Below, piece after piece: positions 51,634 to 64,000 of a DNA stretch of 64,000 bases (position 1 is its first letter; each line of letters starts with the position of its first letter). Made by a program: the position numbers and the translations under genes. Origin of the DNA: Heterodontus francisci (taxonomy: Eukaryota); NCBI RefSeq assembly GCF_036365525.1, contig NC_090404.1, positions 6,820,001 to 6,884,000 on the forward strand, in the 5' to 3' direction. The notes under the pieces are model-generated. The model saw only the letters and a program-made list of their open reading frames with translations. It was not told where the DNA came from and did no database searches.

Positions 51634-53412
51634 CAGCACCTCATTTTTGACCAAACGTTGCAGAGCCATCAGTTTCGTGGTTTCACAGGTGACAGCTGGA
51701 GATAACAGGCAATATTTCAGTGTGGTAACACCGCACACGACGGGGTATTTACAGCGAGAGTAAATTATAGGTGTCACGGCACGGTTGACTAAAACAGTGA
51801 AGTGTTGCAATCAATGTTTTTCATGAACCCAATGTCACTGTACAGTCTGACGAAGGATAACAATTGTTCTGTTCGGAACGGTATTTCAATGTGTTATAAA
51901 CAGACAGACAGGCAGACAATTGTATCGATTGCTTGTGATAGGATATTGTTTTATTATTGATGATCAATTGGAATTATCTGGAAAGTACCTGCATTTCAAA
52001 ATCCCTTCACATCCACAAGGGTCAGATTGACAAAATGTTCTGTCAGAGATTTAAATATTCTCACCTCACTCGATGTAAATAATATTTCCTGCATTGGAAC
52101 AGTGACTACACCGGAAACGTATTTCCTTAAATATAAGACGCTTTTGGACGACCTGAAGCCATGAAAGGCGCTGCATAAATTAATGTATCTCCTTTACTAT
52201 TATACAAAGTAAAACTGCTTCTTCCGTGTGATATATCACTCTCGGGGTTACATTTATGGTCCTCTTGCTTCCACGGGGATCCGTAGAGTTTCTTCTTTCC
52301 GTTTCGTTGCTTCAATACGTGTTTGGTTGATGAGCGGACACCACCTCTTGTGATGTTCTGGATTCAGTCTCGAATCTGCTCAGAGGTTCTCTCCGCTCAG
52401 CAGGACACCGCAGTCTGTTTTTTTCCCATTATTTCATGGGATATGTGAGTCTCTGACTGTGCCAACATTGGCTGTACATCCCTAATTGCCCTTGTGAAGG
52501 TGGTGGTGAGCTGCCTTCTTGAACATCTGCAGGCCATTGGGTCTCGGTACACCCACGGTGCTGTTAGGGAAGTTGTTCCTGGCTTTTGATCAAGTGAGAG
52601 TGAAAAAACGGCAATTTAGATCCACGTCAGGATGATGTGTGGCTTGAAAGGGAACTTGTATCTGATGGTGTTCCCATGCGTTTGCTGCCCTTGTAGATCT
52701 AGGTAGGTAGAGGTCACGGATTTGAAAAGTCCCTGTGAAGGAAGCGAGATGAGTTGCCGCAGTGCATCTTGGAGATGGTACACACTGCTGCCAGTCTGCG
52801 CCACTGGTGGAGGGAAGGGATGGTTAAAGTGGTGTATGGTCTGTTGATGAAGTGGGTTGCTATGCCCTGGATGGTGTCTAGCTTTTTGAGTGTTGTTAGA
52901 GCTGCAGTCATTCAGGAATGTGGAGAGTATTCCATCACACTCCTGACATGTACCTTCGAAATGGTGGACAGGCTTTGGGAAGTCTAGAGGTAAGTTACTC
53001 GCCACAGGATTCCTCGCCTCTGGCCTACTGTTGTAGCCACAGTATTAATATGTGTTGTCCAATTAAGTTACCTGTTAATATTAACTCCCAGGATGTTGAT
53101 GGTGGGGAATGCAGCGATGGTAGTGTAATTGAACGTGAAGAGGAGATGGTCAGATCCTCTCTTGTTGGGGATGGTCCTTGCCTGGCACCTAGGTGGCGCG
53201 AATGTCATTTGTCACTTAACAACCTAAGCCTGAATGCTGCCCAGATCTTGCTGCATGCGGGTGCAGAATGCTTCATATCTGGAGGAGACATGAATGATAT
53301 TGAACAGTGCAATCATTAACGAACATCCCAACTTCTGACCTTATGATGGAGAGAAAATCATTGATGAAACAGCTGAAGATGGTTGGGCCTAGGACATTAC
53401 CCTGAGGAACTC

Positions 53413-56400
53413 AAAGAACAAAGTACAAAGAAAATTACAGCACAGGAACAGGCCCTTCGGCCATCCAAGCCTGCGCCGATCCAGATCCTCTATCTAAACC
53501 TGTCGCCTATTTTCTAAGGGTCTGTATCTCTTTGCTTCCTGCCCATTCATGTATCTGTCTAGATACATCTTAAAAGACGCTATCGTGCCTGCGTCTACCA
53601 CCTCCGCTGGCAAAGCGTTCCAGGCACCCACCACCCTCTGCGTAAAGAACTTTCCACGCGTATCCCCCCTAAACTTTTCCCCTCTCACTTTGAACTCGTG
53701 ACCTCTAGTAATTGAATCCCCCACTCTGGGAAAAAGCTTCTTGCTATCAACCCTGTCTATACCTCTCATGATTTTGTACACTTCAATCAGGTGCCCCCTC
53801 AAACTCCGTCTTTCCAAAGAAAATAATCCTAATCTACTCAACCTCTCTTCATAGCTAGCGCCCTCCATACCAGGCAACATCCTGGTGAACCTCCTCTGCA
53901 CCCTCTCCAAAGCATCTACATCCTTTTGGCAAAGTGGCGACCAGAACTGCACGCAGTATTCCAAATGTGGCCGAACCAAAGTCTTATACAACTGGAACAT
54001 GACCTGCCAAACCTTGTACTCAATACCCCGTCCGATGAAGGAGAGCCTGCCGAATGCCTTCTTGACAACTCGATTGACCTGCGTTGCCACCTTCAGGGAA
54101 CAATGGACCTGAACACCCAAATCTCTCTGCACATCAATTTTCCCCAGGACTTTTCCATTTACTGTATAGTTCACTCTTGAATTGGATCTTCCAAAATGCA
54201 TTACCAAGCATTTGCCCGGATTGAACTCCATCTGCCATTTCTCTGCCCAGCTCTCCAATCTATCTATATTCTGCTGTATTCTCTGACAGTTCCCTTCACT
54301 ATCTGCTACTCCACCAATCTTAGTGTCGTCTGCAAACTTGCTAATCAGACCACCTATACTTTCCTCCAAATCATTTATGTATATCACAAACAACAGTGGT
54401 CCCAGCACGGATCCCTGTGGAACACCACTGGTCACACGTCTCCATTTTGAGAAACTTCCTTCCACTGCTACTCTCTGTCTCCTGTTGCCCAGCCAGTTCT
54501 TTATCCATCTAGCTAGTACACCCTGGAACCCATGCGACTTCACTTTCTCCATCAGCCTACCATGGGGAACCTTATCAAACGCCTTACTGAAGTCCATGTA
54601 TATGACATCTACAGCCCTTCCCTCATCAATCAACTTTGTCACTTCCTCAAAGAATTCTATTAAGTTGGAAAGACATGACCTTCCCTGCACAAAACCATGT
54701 TGCCTATCAGTGATAAGCCCATTTTCTTCCAAATGGGAATAGATCCTATCCCTCAGTATCGTCTCCAGCAGCTTCCCTACCACTGACGTCAGGCTCAACG
54801 GTCTATAATTAGCTGGATTTTCCTTGCTACCCTTCTTAAACAAGGGGACAACATTAGCAATTCTCCAGTCCTCCGGGACCTCACCTGTGTTTAAGGATGC
54901 TGCAAAGATATCTGTTAAGGCCCCAGCTATTTCCTCTCTCGTTTCCCTCAGTAACCTGGGATAGATCCCATCCGGACCTGGGGACTTGTCCACCTTAATG
55001 CCTTTTAGAATACCCATCACTTCCTCCCTCCTTATGCCGACTTGACCTAGAGTAATCAAACATCTGTCCCTAACTTCAACATCCGTCATGTCCCTCTCCT
55101 CGGTGAATACCGATGCAAAGTACTTGTTTAGAATCTCACCCATTTTCCCTGACTCCACGCATAACTTTCCTCCTTTGTCCTTGAGTGGGCCAATCCTTTC
55201 TCTAGTTACCCTCTTGCTCCTTATATATGAATAAAAGGCTTTGGGATTTTCCTTAACCCTGTTTGCTAAAGATATTTCATGACCCCTTTTAGCCCTCTTA
55301 ATTCCTCGTTTCAGATTGGTCCTACATTCCCGATATTCTTTCAAAGCTTCGTCTTTCTTCAGCCTTCTAGACCTTATGTATGCTTCCTTTTTCCTCTTAG
55401 CTCGTCTCACAATTTCACCTGTCATCCATGGTTCCCTAATCTTGCCATTCCTATCCCTCATTTTCACAGGAACATGTCTCTCCTGCACGCTAATCAACCT
55501 CTCTTTAAAAGCCTCCCACATATCAAATGTGGATTTACCTTCAAACAGCTGCTCCCAATCTACATTCCCCAGCTCCTGCTGAATTTTGGTATAGTTGGCC
55601 TTCCCCCAATTTAGCACTCTTCCTTTGGGACCACTCTCATCTTTGTCCATGAGTATTCTAAAACTTAGGGAATTGTAATCACTATTCCCAAAGTAGTCCC
55701 CTACTGAAACTTCAACCACCTGGCCGGGCTCATTCCCCAACACCAGGTCCAGTATGGCCCCTTCCCGAGTTGGACTATTTACATACTGCTCCAGAAAACC
55801 CTCCTGGGTGCTCCTTACAAATTCTGCTCCATCTAGACCTCTCACACTAAGTGAATCCCAGTCAATGTTGGGAAAATTAAAATCTCCTATCACCACCACC
55901 CTGTTGCTCCTACATCTTTCCATAATCTGTTTACATATTTGTACCTCTATCTCACGTTCGCTGTTGGGAGGCCTGTAGTACAGCCCCAACATTGTTACCG
56001 CACCCTTCCTATTTCTGAGTTCTGCCCATATTGCCTCACTGCTCGAGTCCTCCATAGTGCCCTCCTTCAGCACAGCTGTGATATCATCTTTGACCAGTAA
56101 TGCAACTCCTCCACCCCTTTTATCTCCCTCTCTTTCCCGGATGAAGCATCGATATCCTGGGATATTTAGTTGCCAATCATGCCCTTCCCTCAACCAAGTC
56201 TCAGTAACAGCAATAACATCATACTCCCAGGTACTAATCCAAGCGCTAAGTTCATCTGCCTTTCCTACTACACTTCTTGCATTAAAACAAATGCACCTCA
56301 GACCACCAGTCCCTTTGCGTGCATCATCTGCTCCCTGCCTACTCTTTCCCTTAGTCACGCTGACTTCATTATGTAGTTCCTTACAGGCTTTCGTTGCTAC

Positions 56401-57564
56401 TTCCTTACTGTTCACTGACCTCCTGATTTGGTTCCCACCCCCCTGCAACATTAGTTTAAACCCTCCCCAACAGCAAAAGCACCCCCAAGGACATTGGTCC
56501 CAGTCTGGACGAGGTGTCGACCGTCCAATTTGTAATAGTCCCACCTCCCCCAGAACCGGTCCCAATGTCCCAAAAATCTGAACCCCTCCCTCCTGCACCA
56601 TCTCTCAAGCCACGCATTCATCCTGATTATTCTTTCATTTCTACTCTGACTATCACGTGGCACTGGTAGCAATCTTGAGATTACTACCTGTGAGGTCCTA
56701 CTTTATAACTTGGCTCCTAACTCCCTAAATTCTGCTTGTTGGACCTCATCCCGTTTTTTACCTATATCATTGGTGCCTATGTGCACAGTGACAACTGGCT
56801 GCTCACGCTCACCTTTCAGAATGTTCTGCAGCTGATCTGAGACATCCCTGACCCGTGCACCTGGGAGGCAACATACCATTCGGGAGTCTCGTTTTCGACC
56901 ACAGAACCGCCTATCTACTCCCCTTACAATCGAATCCCCTATGACTATAGCCCTTCCACTCTTTTTCCCGCCCTTCCGAACAGCAGAGCCAGCCACGGTG
57001 CCATGAAACTGGCTACTGCTGCCTTCCCCTGGTGAGCCATCTCCCTCAACAGTATCCAAAACGGTATACCTGTTTTCGAGGGAGATGACCGCAGGGGACA
57101 CCTGCGCTGCCTTCCTGCTCTTTCTCTGCCTTTTGGTCACCCATTCCCTTTCTCCCTCAGCAATCCTAATCTGTGGTGTGACCAATTCGCTAAACGTGCT
57201 ATCCACGACCTCCTCAGCATCGCGGATGCTCCGAAGTCAGTCCACCCGCAGCTCCAGAGCAGTCATGCGGTCTAACAAGAGCTGCAGCTGGACACGCTTC
57301 CTGCACGTGAAGGAGTCAGGGACATCAGCCGTGTCCCTGAGCTCCCACATTGAGCAAGAGGAGCATAACACGGTTCTGAGATCTCCTGCCATTTTTAATC
57401 TTAAGCTTAACTTAGTCTTAACTTAGATAAATGAAAAAGGAGCGAAAGGTTTTTACCAATCACGCGATTAAAAAAAAGAGAAATAGGAAAAGCCTTACCT
57501 TATCTACACACCACCGAGTCTTTTTTTTTTTGGTTCGAGGAGGAGGTGGGAGACACTACACGTG
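53413..57564 (-). mobile_element. Near full-length young CR1 LINE: ORF1 (Cys-rich N-terminus plus SGNH esterase-like domain, two stops) and open ORF2
   Basis: ORF1 ATG at 57392 (MAGDLRTVLCSSCSMW...), GDSIVRG, CLPGARV and HIGTND motifs, stops at ~57238 and ~56704; tail ttctttgtactttgttcttt. Confidence 0.96.
53494..56601 (-). CDS. CR1 ORF2: APE endonuclease plus reverse transcriptase (true start probably downstream of 56601)
   Basis: 1035-aa open frame with FNARS, TETW, YYRPP, GDFNFP, LDLVL, NYRPLSLTS, QGSVLGP, FADD. Confidence 0.92.
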   Translation of the reverse strand: MVQEGGVQIFGTLGPVLGEVGLLQIGRSTPRPDWDQCPWGCFCCWGGFKLMLQGGGNQIRRSVNSKEVATKACKELHNEVSVTKGKSRQGADDARKGTGGLRCICFNARSVVGKADELSAWISTWEYDVIAVTETWLREGHDWQLNIPGYRCFIREREGDKRGGGVALLVKDDITAVLKEGTMEDSSSEAIWAELRNRKGAVTMLGLYYRPPNSEREIEVQICKQIMERCRSNRVVVIGDFNFPNIDWDSLSVRGLDGAEFVRSTQEGFLEQYVNSPTREGAILDLVLGNEPGQVVEVSVGDYFGNSDYNSLSFRILMDKDESGPKGRVLNWGKANYTKIQQELGNVDWEQLFEGKSTFDMWEAFKERLISVQERHVPVKMRDRNGKIREPWMTGEIVRRAKRKKEAYIRSRRLKKDEALKEYRECRTNLKRGIKRAKRGHEISLANRVKENPKAFYSYIRSKRVTRERIGPLKDKGGKLCVESGKMGEILNKYFASVFTEERDMTDVEVRDRCLITLGQVGIRREEVMGILKGIKVDKSPGPDGIYPRLLRETREEIAGALTDIFAASLNTGEVPEDWRIANVVPLFKKGSKENPANYRPLSLTSVVGKLLETILRDRIYSHLEENGLITDRQHGFVQGRSCLSNLIEFFEEVTKLIDEGRAVDVIYMDFSKAFDKVPHGRLMEKVKSHGFQGVLARWIKNWLGNRRQRVAVEGSFSKWRRVTSGVPQGSVLGPLLFVIYINDLEESIGGLISKFADDTKIGGVADSEGNCQRIQQNIDRLESWAEKWQMEFNPGKCLVMHFGRSNSRVNYTVNGKVLGKIDVQRDLGVQVHCSLKVATQVNRVVKKAFGRLSFIGRGIEYKVWQVMFQLYKTLVRPHLEYCVQFWSPLCQKDVDALERVQRRFTRMLPGMEGASYEERLSRLGLFSLERRSLRGHLIEVYKIMRGIDRVDSKKLFPRVGDSITRGHEFKVRGEKFRGDTRGKFFTQRVVGAWNALPAEVVDAGTIASFKMYLDRYMNGQEAKRYRPLENRRQV

Positions 57565-58949
57565 CAATGATTTCCTGGGGCTGTTCCGATTGACCTCTAA
57601 CAACCACATCCATTTGTGCCAGGTTTGGCCAGAACCAGTGCAGTATTTTCCCCCGGATTCCCATTGACTTCAGTTTTGCTGGAGTTCTTCGATGCCACAC
57701 TCAGTCAAATGCTGCCTTGATGTCAAAGGCAGTCACTCCCAACTCACCTCTGGAAGTCAGCTCCTTTGTCCACGTTTATACGCAGGCTGTAATGAAGTCT
57801 GGATCCAAGCTGCCCTGGCTGCACCTAAACTGAGCATCGGAGAGCTGGTTATTGCTGAGAAACTGCCACTCGATATCAGTGCCAATGAAACCTTCCATTA
57901 CTTTGCTGATGTCTGAAAATGCGCTGATGGGCTGGTAATTAGCAGGGCTGAATTGTCTTACTTTCGGTGGACAGGGCATACCTGGACAATTTTCCACATT
58001 TCCGGGTACATGCAGGTGTTATAGCTGTACTGGAACAACTTGGTTCGAGGTAAAGCCAGTTCTGGAGCACAGGTCTTCCATACTGTAGCTGGGATGTCAG
58101 TGCTGTCAGCCGTTTTGTTGATATCACGTGGAGTGAATTGAATTAGCTGAAGAGTGGCATCCGTGATGCTGGGGACCTCAAGAGGAGCCGAAATTCACAG
58201 CAGCTGTGAAAGGTATGGGTCGCGCCGCACTCTGGTAGTCCAGGCTGCCCATGCGCTCATCGGCAACTGGTTTAAACATAGCTTTTTGTATGCTGGCGCG
58301 GTGAAACCTTCACTTTTATAATTGAATATGGAACAGCAATTTTGATGGAAACTAAATTCCTTTCAATCCAGTTGTTCTTTTTAATCAACAGTGAACACCG
58401 TGTGACGTCACTGTAAAATGTCCGACCGTACACCACACAAAGATGGTGAAGCGTACGTCTCAGAAGCACGGCGGACGCCAGTTGGCCCAGCTGTGGATGA
58501 CGGAACAATGTTTTCAGTACTCACCGCACTGTGATTGGTTATTTCCCCCATTGATTGAGGGTCAGTGGGCCACGGCCGTCTCCAGCCTCCACGCGGCCCC
58601 TGTGATCTCTGACTCGTGGCTGTGACCCAAGGCAGGTTTGTCCAGCATCTTAAAGGGGCCGTGCACCAATGAGACTGACCCAGTCTGGGGAAATGTCAGA
58701 GGGACAGAAGGAGACAGCGAGGGCACTTAAAGATAAATGTAGCTTAGAGGACAGAACGGCCCCAAATGACAGTGGTGGGGGATGAGGGAGGCAAGAGATT
58801 GGGATAGAGAAAGACTTCACGCATCAACACCACCCATTCCCAAATATCATTCACGGTCTTTCAAAAGGGCTGTTATTCTTCCATCCCTTAACCTGATGTG
58901 ATATTCAGCCACAGGAGACCTGGCACCTGAATATCAGTTGTTTTGTAAT

Positions 58950-59885
58950 TACTTCATGTGATGTGGGCGTCGCTGGCTCGGCCAATTTTTTTCCCATCCC
59001 TAATTGCCCTCGTGAAGGTGGTGACGAGCTGCCTTCTTGAACTGCTGCAGTGGCTGTGGGTTGGTACACCCAAACTGCTGTTCGGAACGGACTTCCAGGA
59101 TTTTGATCCAGATGCAGTGAAGGAACGGCGGTATAGTTCCAAGACAGGATGGTATGTGGCTGGGAGGAACACTTGCAGATGGTGGTGTTCCCATATGCTG
59201 TCTTAGTCATTCTAGTTGGTAGAGGTCGTATGTTTGGATGGTGCTGTCTAAGGAGCCTTGCTGAGTTGCTGCAGTGCATCATGTAGATGGTACACACTGC
59301 TGCCACTGTGTGTTGGTGGTTGAAATAGTGAATATTGTGATTGGTGTGCTAATCAAGCAGTTTGCTTTGTCCTGGATGGTGTCGAGTTTCTTAAGTGTTG
59401 TTGGAGCTGCACCCAGCCAGGCAAGTGGAGAGTATTCCATCACACTACCGACTTGTGCCTTGTAGATGGCGGACATGCTTTGGTGAGTCAGGAGGTGAGT
59501 TACTCACTGCAGGATTCCTAGCCTTGGTATTGATATGGCTACTCTTTTTCAGTTTCTGGTCACTGGTAACCCCCAGATGTTGATAGTAGGGGTTTCAGCG
59601 ACCGGAATGCCATTGAAAGTCGGGGGGGGGGGGGGCGGGGGGTGGGGGGGATGATTAGATTCTCTCTTATTGGAGATCGTCATAGACTGGTACTTAAGTG
59701 GCAAGTAACATCTGCACCACACATCAGCCCAGGCCTGAATATTGTCCAGATCTTGCTTCTACACGGAGTGCCTCAGTATTTGAGGAGTTGCGAATGCTGC
59801 TGAACATTGTGCAATCATCAGCGAACATCCCCACTTCTGACCTTATGATTGTCGGAAGGTCATTGATGAAGCAGCTGAAGATGAA
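58950..59885 (-). mobile_element. Old CR1/L2-group LINE 3' fragment (same family as at 47.2 and 52.4 kb), with a poly-G tract at 59622-59650
   Basis: Minus ORFs with FINDLP...MFADDCTMF and IYKAQVGSVMEYSPLAW. Confidence 0.8.
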
Positions 59886-60619
59886 GGAAAAGCGGCTCCG
59901 CATTGGAAGCATATTTAGGAAGATGCTCGGATCTGATCAGAAATCTCTGAAGATGTTCCCGTGACTGGGAGGCGCCAAAAGAATCCGATGAGACTGTGAA
60001 GGAGGTGGAGAGCTACTTCAGTTTTTGAATGGAGAATCCCTAGGGTGTTGTTCAGTGTGTTCAGGGAGATGGTATCAGAGGGAATGTACTGGAGCAGAGG
60101 GAAAGGTCATCAGGGAAACATGTGACAGAGGAAGAGGGGTCACGGGTACAGTCGAAAAGGTGGAAGCAGAGAGTCGGCATGTGCATACCAGAAAAGTGGA
60201 GCATGCGTGTGCATCTAACTTAATAGGTAGAGAGTGAGGTATGTGTGTGCAGCAAAACATGCAAAGATAGAGTCACTGTTTCAGATAGGCCTCACACTCC
60301 GGGAGTCATTCCTGAAATTTATGCTCTCTCTTGTGACTGACAGGACCCAGGCTCGGGGAATCAACCGAGGAATTCTGCTTCCTTGTTTTTTACATAGATT
60401 CAAGCCTTGGAAATCATTCCCAGGGGTTGCCCTCTCCAGTGTACTAGAAATCCCCCAGGCTGTGGGATCATTTTTAGGCTATATGCTCCCTGTTGTGTCA
60501 GATGGACCCCAGACTCTTGGAATAATTCCCCGCATTTGCGCTCAATGGTATATTGTGTCAGATATTCACCGGTCTCTAGGAATCATTCCCAGGGTTTGTG
60601 CTCCCTCATGTGTCTGTGT

Positions 60620-60762
60620 TATATCTAACCAGTGCTGTACCTGTCCTGGAGTGCTTGATGGGACAGTGTAGAAGGAGTTTTACTCTGTATCTAAACCGGG
60701 CTGTGCCTGCCCCGGGAGTGTTTGATGGCACAGTATAGAGGAAGCTTTACTCAGGATCTAAC
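60620..60762 (+). repeat. ~65-bp tandem repeat abutting the Tx1 element
   Basis: Same unit as 50930-51122. Confidence 0.75.
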
Positions 60763-63700
60763 CTTGGAAGTGGGGCAGGCAATCAGGGAGGACGGACCCC
60801 CGGACGGCCCGCAGCCTGAACCTATGAATTGCCACATTGGCCAGGCCCAGGAGCCGACCAACGAGGAGATCCTCCACCTGGCCCATGCCCCACTGCACCG
60901 TGTGCCCAAAGGTCAGGAGCGTGGGGCTGAAGTGCAACAAAAACCTGAAGAGCAGCCCCTTTAAATTCTGAAACAGGGGCTGCAGCCTTGTAGACTCCAT
61001 AGATACATGGAACACGGACTCCTCCAGGCCACAGAAATTGCAGGCGGCCAGGGAGTCCGCGAACCTACTTAAAAGCTTATTGCACAGCACTCCCTGTACA
61101 GCACCATTCACCCCAGGTCCCCGATGTAAAGGGGGAGGACTCTTGCGTACTGAGACTTCCACCGGGGTTTCCCCTCGCCGCCAGATGACAACACGGACCG
61201 CCAGGATGCGTCTGGCAGGCTGGCGAGGGCGAGGAAATGGACAGTGTGCAGGAGCACCCCGAACAGTAAACCCCTCCGCCCCGTTTGGAATGGCGGCTTG
61301 GGTTGTGCAGTACTGGCTCCCGAGGAGGGTTTTGAGGCCTGTGTCTGATGAACAGTTCCGGCCGAGCGGGTGTCAGCTTGGCCGGAAGCGCTCTGCGCTC
61401 CCGAGCCCCCTCGTCACCCGCAGTGAGGGGCATCCCAGGTTCTTCGGCTACTCCTCTGCCTTTCGGTCCATCCCCGAAGCCAGCCAACCGGATAGCCAAG
61501 GAACTCTCCTCCGCCGGCGGGGGAGTGCCCTGATTGGAGGCGACCATGTTCCGGACTCTGAATAGATCCCAGTTAAAGATAGGCAACACACTCAGAGAGG
61601 TGCGGCTAATGGTTCTCGCCGGGAGCTGCGTGTCGTCCTGAAGGCAGTTACACTGGCGGAAAAAATACATCACCAGTGCACACCATCTGGGAAGACGATC
61701 GACGTACAGGTATCTCTGCAGGGTCTGAAGGTGGAGCTTGACAGCCTGGGTGTGGATGCACACCCGCGACTGGCCGCCCACCTCGTTCAGGAGACTCAGG
61801 ACCTCGACAGAAACTCAGTGTTTCCTCTTGCCCCAGAAGAAATCGACGAGCTTCTTCTGGAACTGGGTGGAAAATGCAAGGGGCGGGGCCAAAGTGACCA
61901 ACCGGTACCACAGCATCGAGGCCACCAGTTCATTTAGGAGCAGCTGGCCCGGGCAGAGCCAATCCCGTCAACCTCCTGCGAAGCAGGCACAGGAATGACT
62001 CCACGCAGAGGGAATACAATTGGCTGGACATGGGGCACCCCTGACGCACTCCACTCCCAAAGTGAAGGAGCACCGTCAAAGGCCCGTTACCTTTGACCAG
62101 ACACTCTGCAGCAGTGTATAAAGTCAGACCCGGGCCACAAAATGCGACCTGAGTCTGAATGTGCGCAGAGTCCCGAAAAGGTATTCGTGATCCAGCCTGT
62201 CGAACGCCTTCTCCTGATTGAGGGAGAGAAAGGCGACCGACAGACCAGTCCTCTGGGAAAGATGGATCAGGTCCCGGACCAGGTGGATGTTGTTCTGCAT
62301 GCATCGGCCTGGTACCATGTATGACTGGTCGGGGTGGATCAGGTGGGCCAGCAATAAGCACAGGCGGGTAGTCATAGCCCCGGCTAAGATCATCTATCCC
62401 ACGCTGAGGAGGGAGACCGGACAGCGGTTTTTAAGCAAGCAGAGATCGCCCCACTTCGGCAGCAAGACAATGACTGCCCTGCACCATGAGAGGGGCATCC
62501 CCCGGGTCACCAGGCTTTCCCCCAGGACCCGCATGTAATTATCCCCCAGGACGTCCCAGAGTGCTCTGAGGAACTTCATAGTCCACCCGTCCAGCCCCGC
62601 GGATTTGTCCCTCGAGAGCTGGTGGAGGGCGTCGATCAGCTCTGCCAATGTGAACGGAGTCTCCAATCTTCGGCACCCTGCAGACTGACCTTCGGCGCGT
62701 CCTCCCACAAAACCCTGTGCACGTCCTCGATGGACCATTCCAGACGAACAACACACCATAACAGGTATGGACCAGGATGCCCATTCGTTCCAGGTCCGTG
62801 ATGGAGGATCTGTTGTCGGCCAGCACACCATCATTTTACCAGCGAAGGGAGAGGCGCAGTCCAAATCTTCCAGGACCTGGATCCGTGACCTCACGTACAT
62901 GCCCTGGGACAGAATGAGCTGCAGGTCCCTCAGCGCACCCTTCTTCTCTTTGTACGCCTGCTACAGGGCCAGGTCCACAAAGGCATGACCGAGGTGGAAC
63001 TCCAAGGCGAGCACTTCCCTCTCTCGGCACCCGATCTCGGCTTCCCGCCTCTTGGTCGACCCCTTCGAGTACTCCTAACAGAAGACATGGATGTGAGTCT
63101 TGCCCACATCACCCAATGTCTCAAGGAGAGGAAGCCCCCCTGCTTCCTTCTCCAGTCGGCCTAGAATCGATGGAACGAGTCATGGAATCGCTCGTCCTCC
63201 AGCAACCAGTTGTTAAAGTGCCAGTTCGCGGACCCCGCCCGCGTGCGGAGCGGAGTGTATTCCGCCCACACCAGGCGGTGATCCGAGCACGGCACCAGCC
63301 GCATGGAGGCCGCTGAGACGCGGGAGACATCCGCCTGTGAAAAGTAGAGGTGGTCGATTCGGGACCATCCACCTCCAGATCTCCATGTGAAGGCGCTGCA
63401 GTCGTGATGGAGATTCCACCAGACGTCCACCACGTTGAGGGAGCTGATCAGCGATGCCCTACCTCGAGGGTGCAGTTACAATTCCCCGCGAGGTTGATGC
63501 ACTCACCCCTATTGATGGAGCTCAAGAGAGAGGACACTTCTTCGAAGAAGCGCGCTTACAATGCACCGGCTTTGGGCACGTACACGTTCACAAAGTGGAA
63601 CGACACACTACCCGGGTGAATGGCGAGCTGGAGCAAGCGGCCCAGCACGAGCTGCTTGACACCCAAGATCACCGGTTGAAAAGTCGGAGACAACAGGATA

Positions 63701-64000
63701 GCCACCCCACTAGAAATAGGGGTGAGGTGACTCATGTAGACCCCACCCTGCCACTCCAGGAGCCAGGTGGCTTCGTCCCCTGGTACGATGTGGGATTCCT
63801 GCAGTAAGCCCACTGCATATCTCCCTTCCCTGAGGACTGAGAGATTGTGAAATCTGCAGTGAGACCCCCTGCTGCCATTGATGTTGAAGCTGGCTATCGT
63901 TATCTTCATGTCAAAGGTACTTCAAAACCGACACCAACACCTCACTGTGACTAGGGAGCAGAATTGCACCTGGCCTTCCAATCCCCCAGCAACCCATTGA
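60763..64000 (-). mobile_element. Tx1/L1-clade LINE, disrupted ORF2 (ATG at 63909), continues beyond the window
   Basis: MKITIASFNINGSR..LLQESH..SSGVAILL..VNVY, SRIDHLY..PCSDH..WHFNNWLL, DQSYMVPGR, EKAFDRLDH, GVRQGCPMS, and C-terminal CNFCGLEESVFH zinc knuckle. Confidence 0.9.

Larger units (their letters stand above)
51305..57960 (+). repeat. Segmental duplication copy 2, split by the CR1 at 53413-57564
   Basis: See copy 1; the old LINE resumes after 57565. Confidence 0.8.

Noticed and set aside
53885-57426. + strand ORFs antisense to CR1 (and similar ones over other LINEs)
   Set aside because: Shadow frames of LINE coding sequence.
58280-58535. RSS-like pieces (gctttttgt; cactgtg)
   Set aside because: Heptamer and nonamer do not pair at 12 or 23 spacing.

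Overview
Repeat-rich, intron-containing vertebrate DNA from a cartilaginous fish (shark). The VH is very like the horn-shark IgM VH family as I remember it; the species was not verified. The window is part of an antigen-receptor V region. On the + strand are three TCR alpha/delta-type V segments with 23-bp-spacer RSSs: one intact (35834-36304), one with a single frameshift (49462-49888) and one open but lacking both canonical cysteines (50382-50662). On the - strand is a pseudogenised IgM-type mini-cluster. Its VH appears already fused to a D remnant (V followed directly by a 12-RSS), with an unjoined JH about 330 bp further on and no C exons seen in the window. Most of the rest is mobile DNA: many CR1 LINEs (one near full-length with open ORF2), RTE, Tx1/L1-clade and Rex1/Babar fragments, SINEs, five short Penelope-like inserts with 14-15 bp target duplications and minimal hammerhead-ribozyme cores, and a 27-bp minisatellite family. 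There is also a duplicated non-coding cassette with co-oriented CTCF-like motifs and an orphan CpG-island promoter. All assignments are by eye; no database searches were run.
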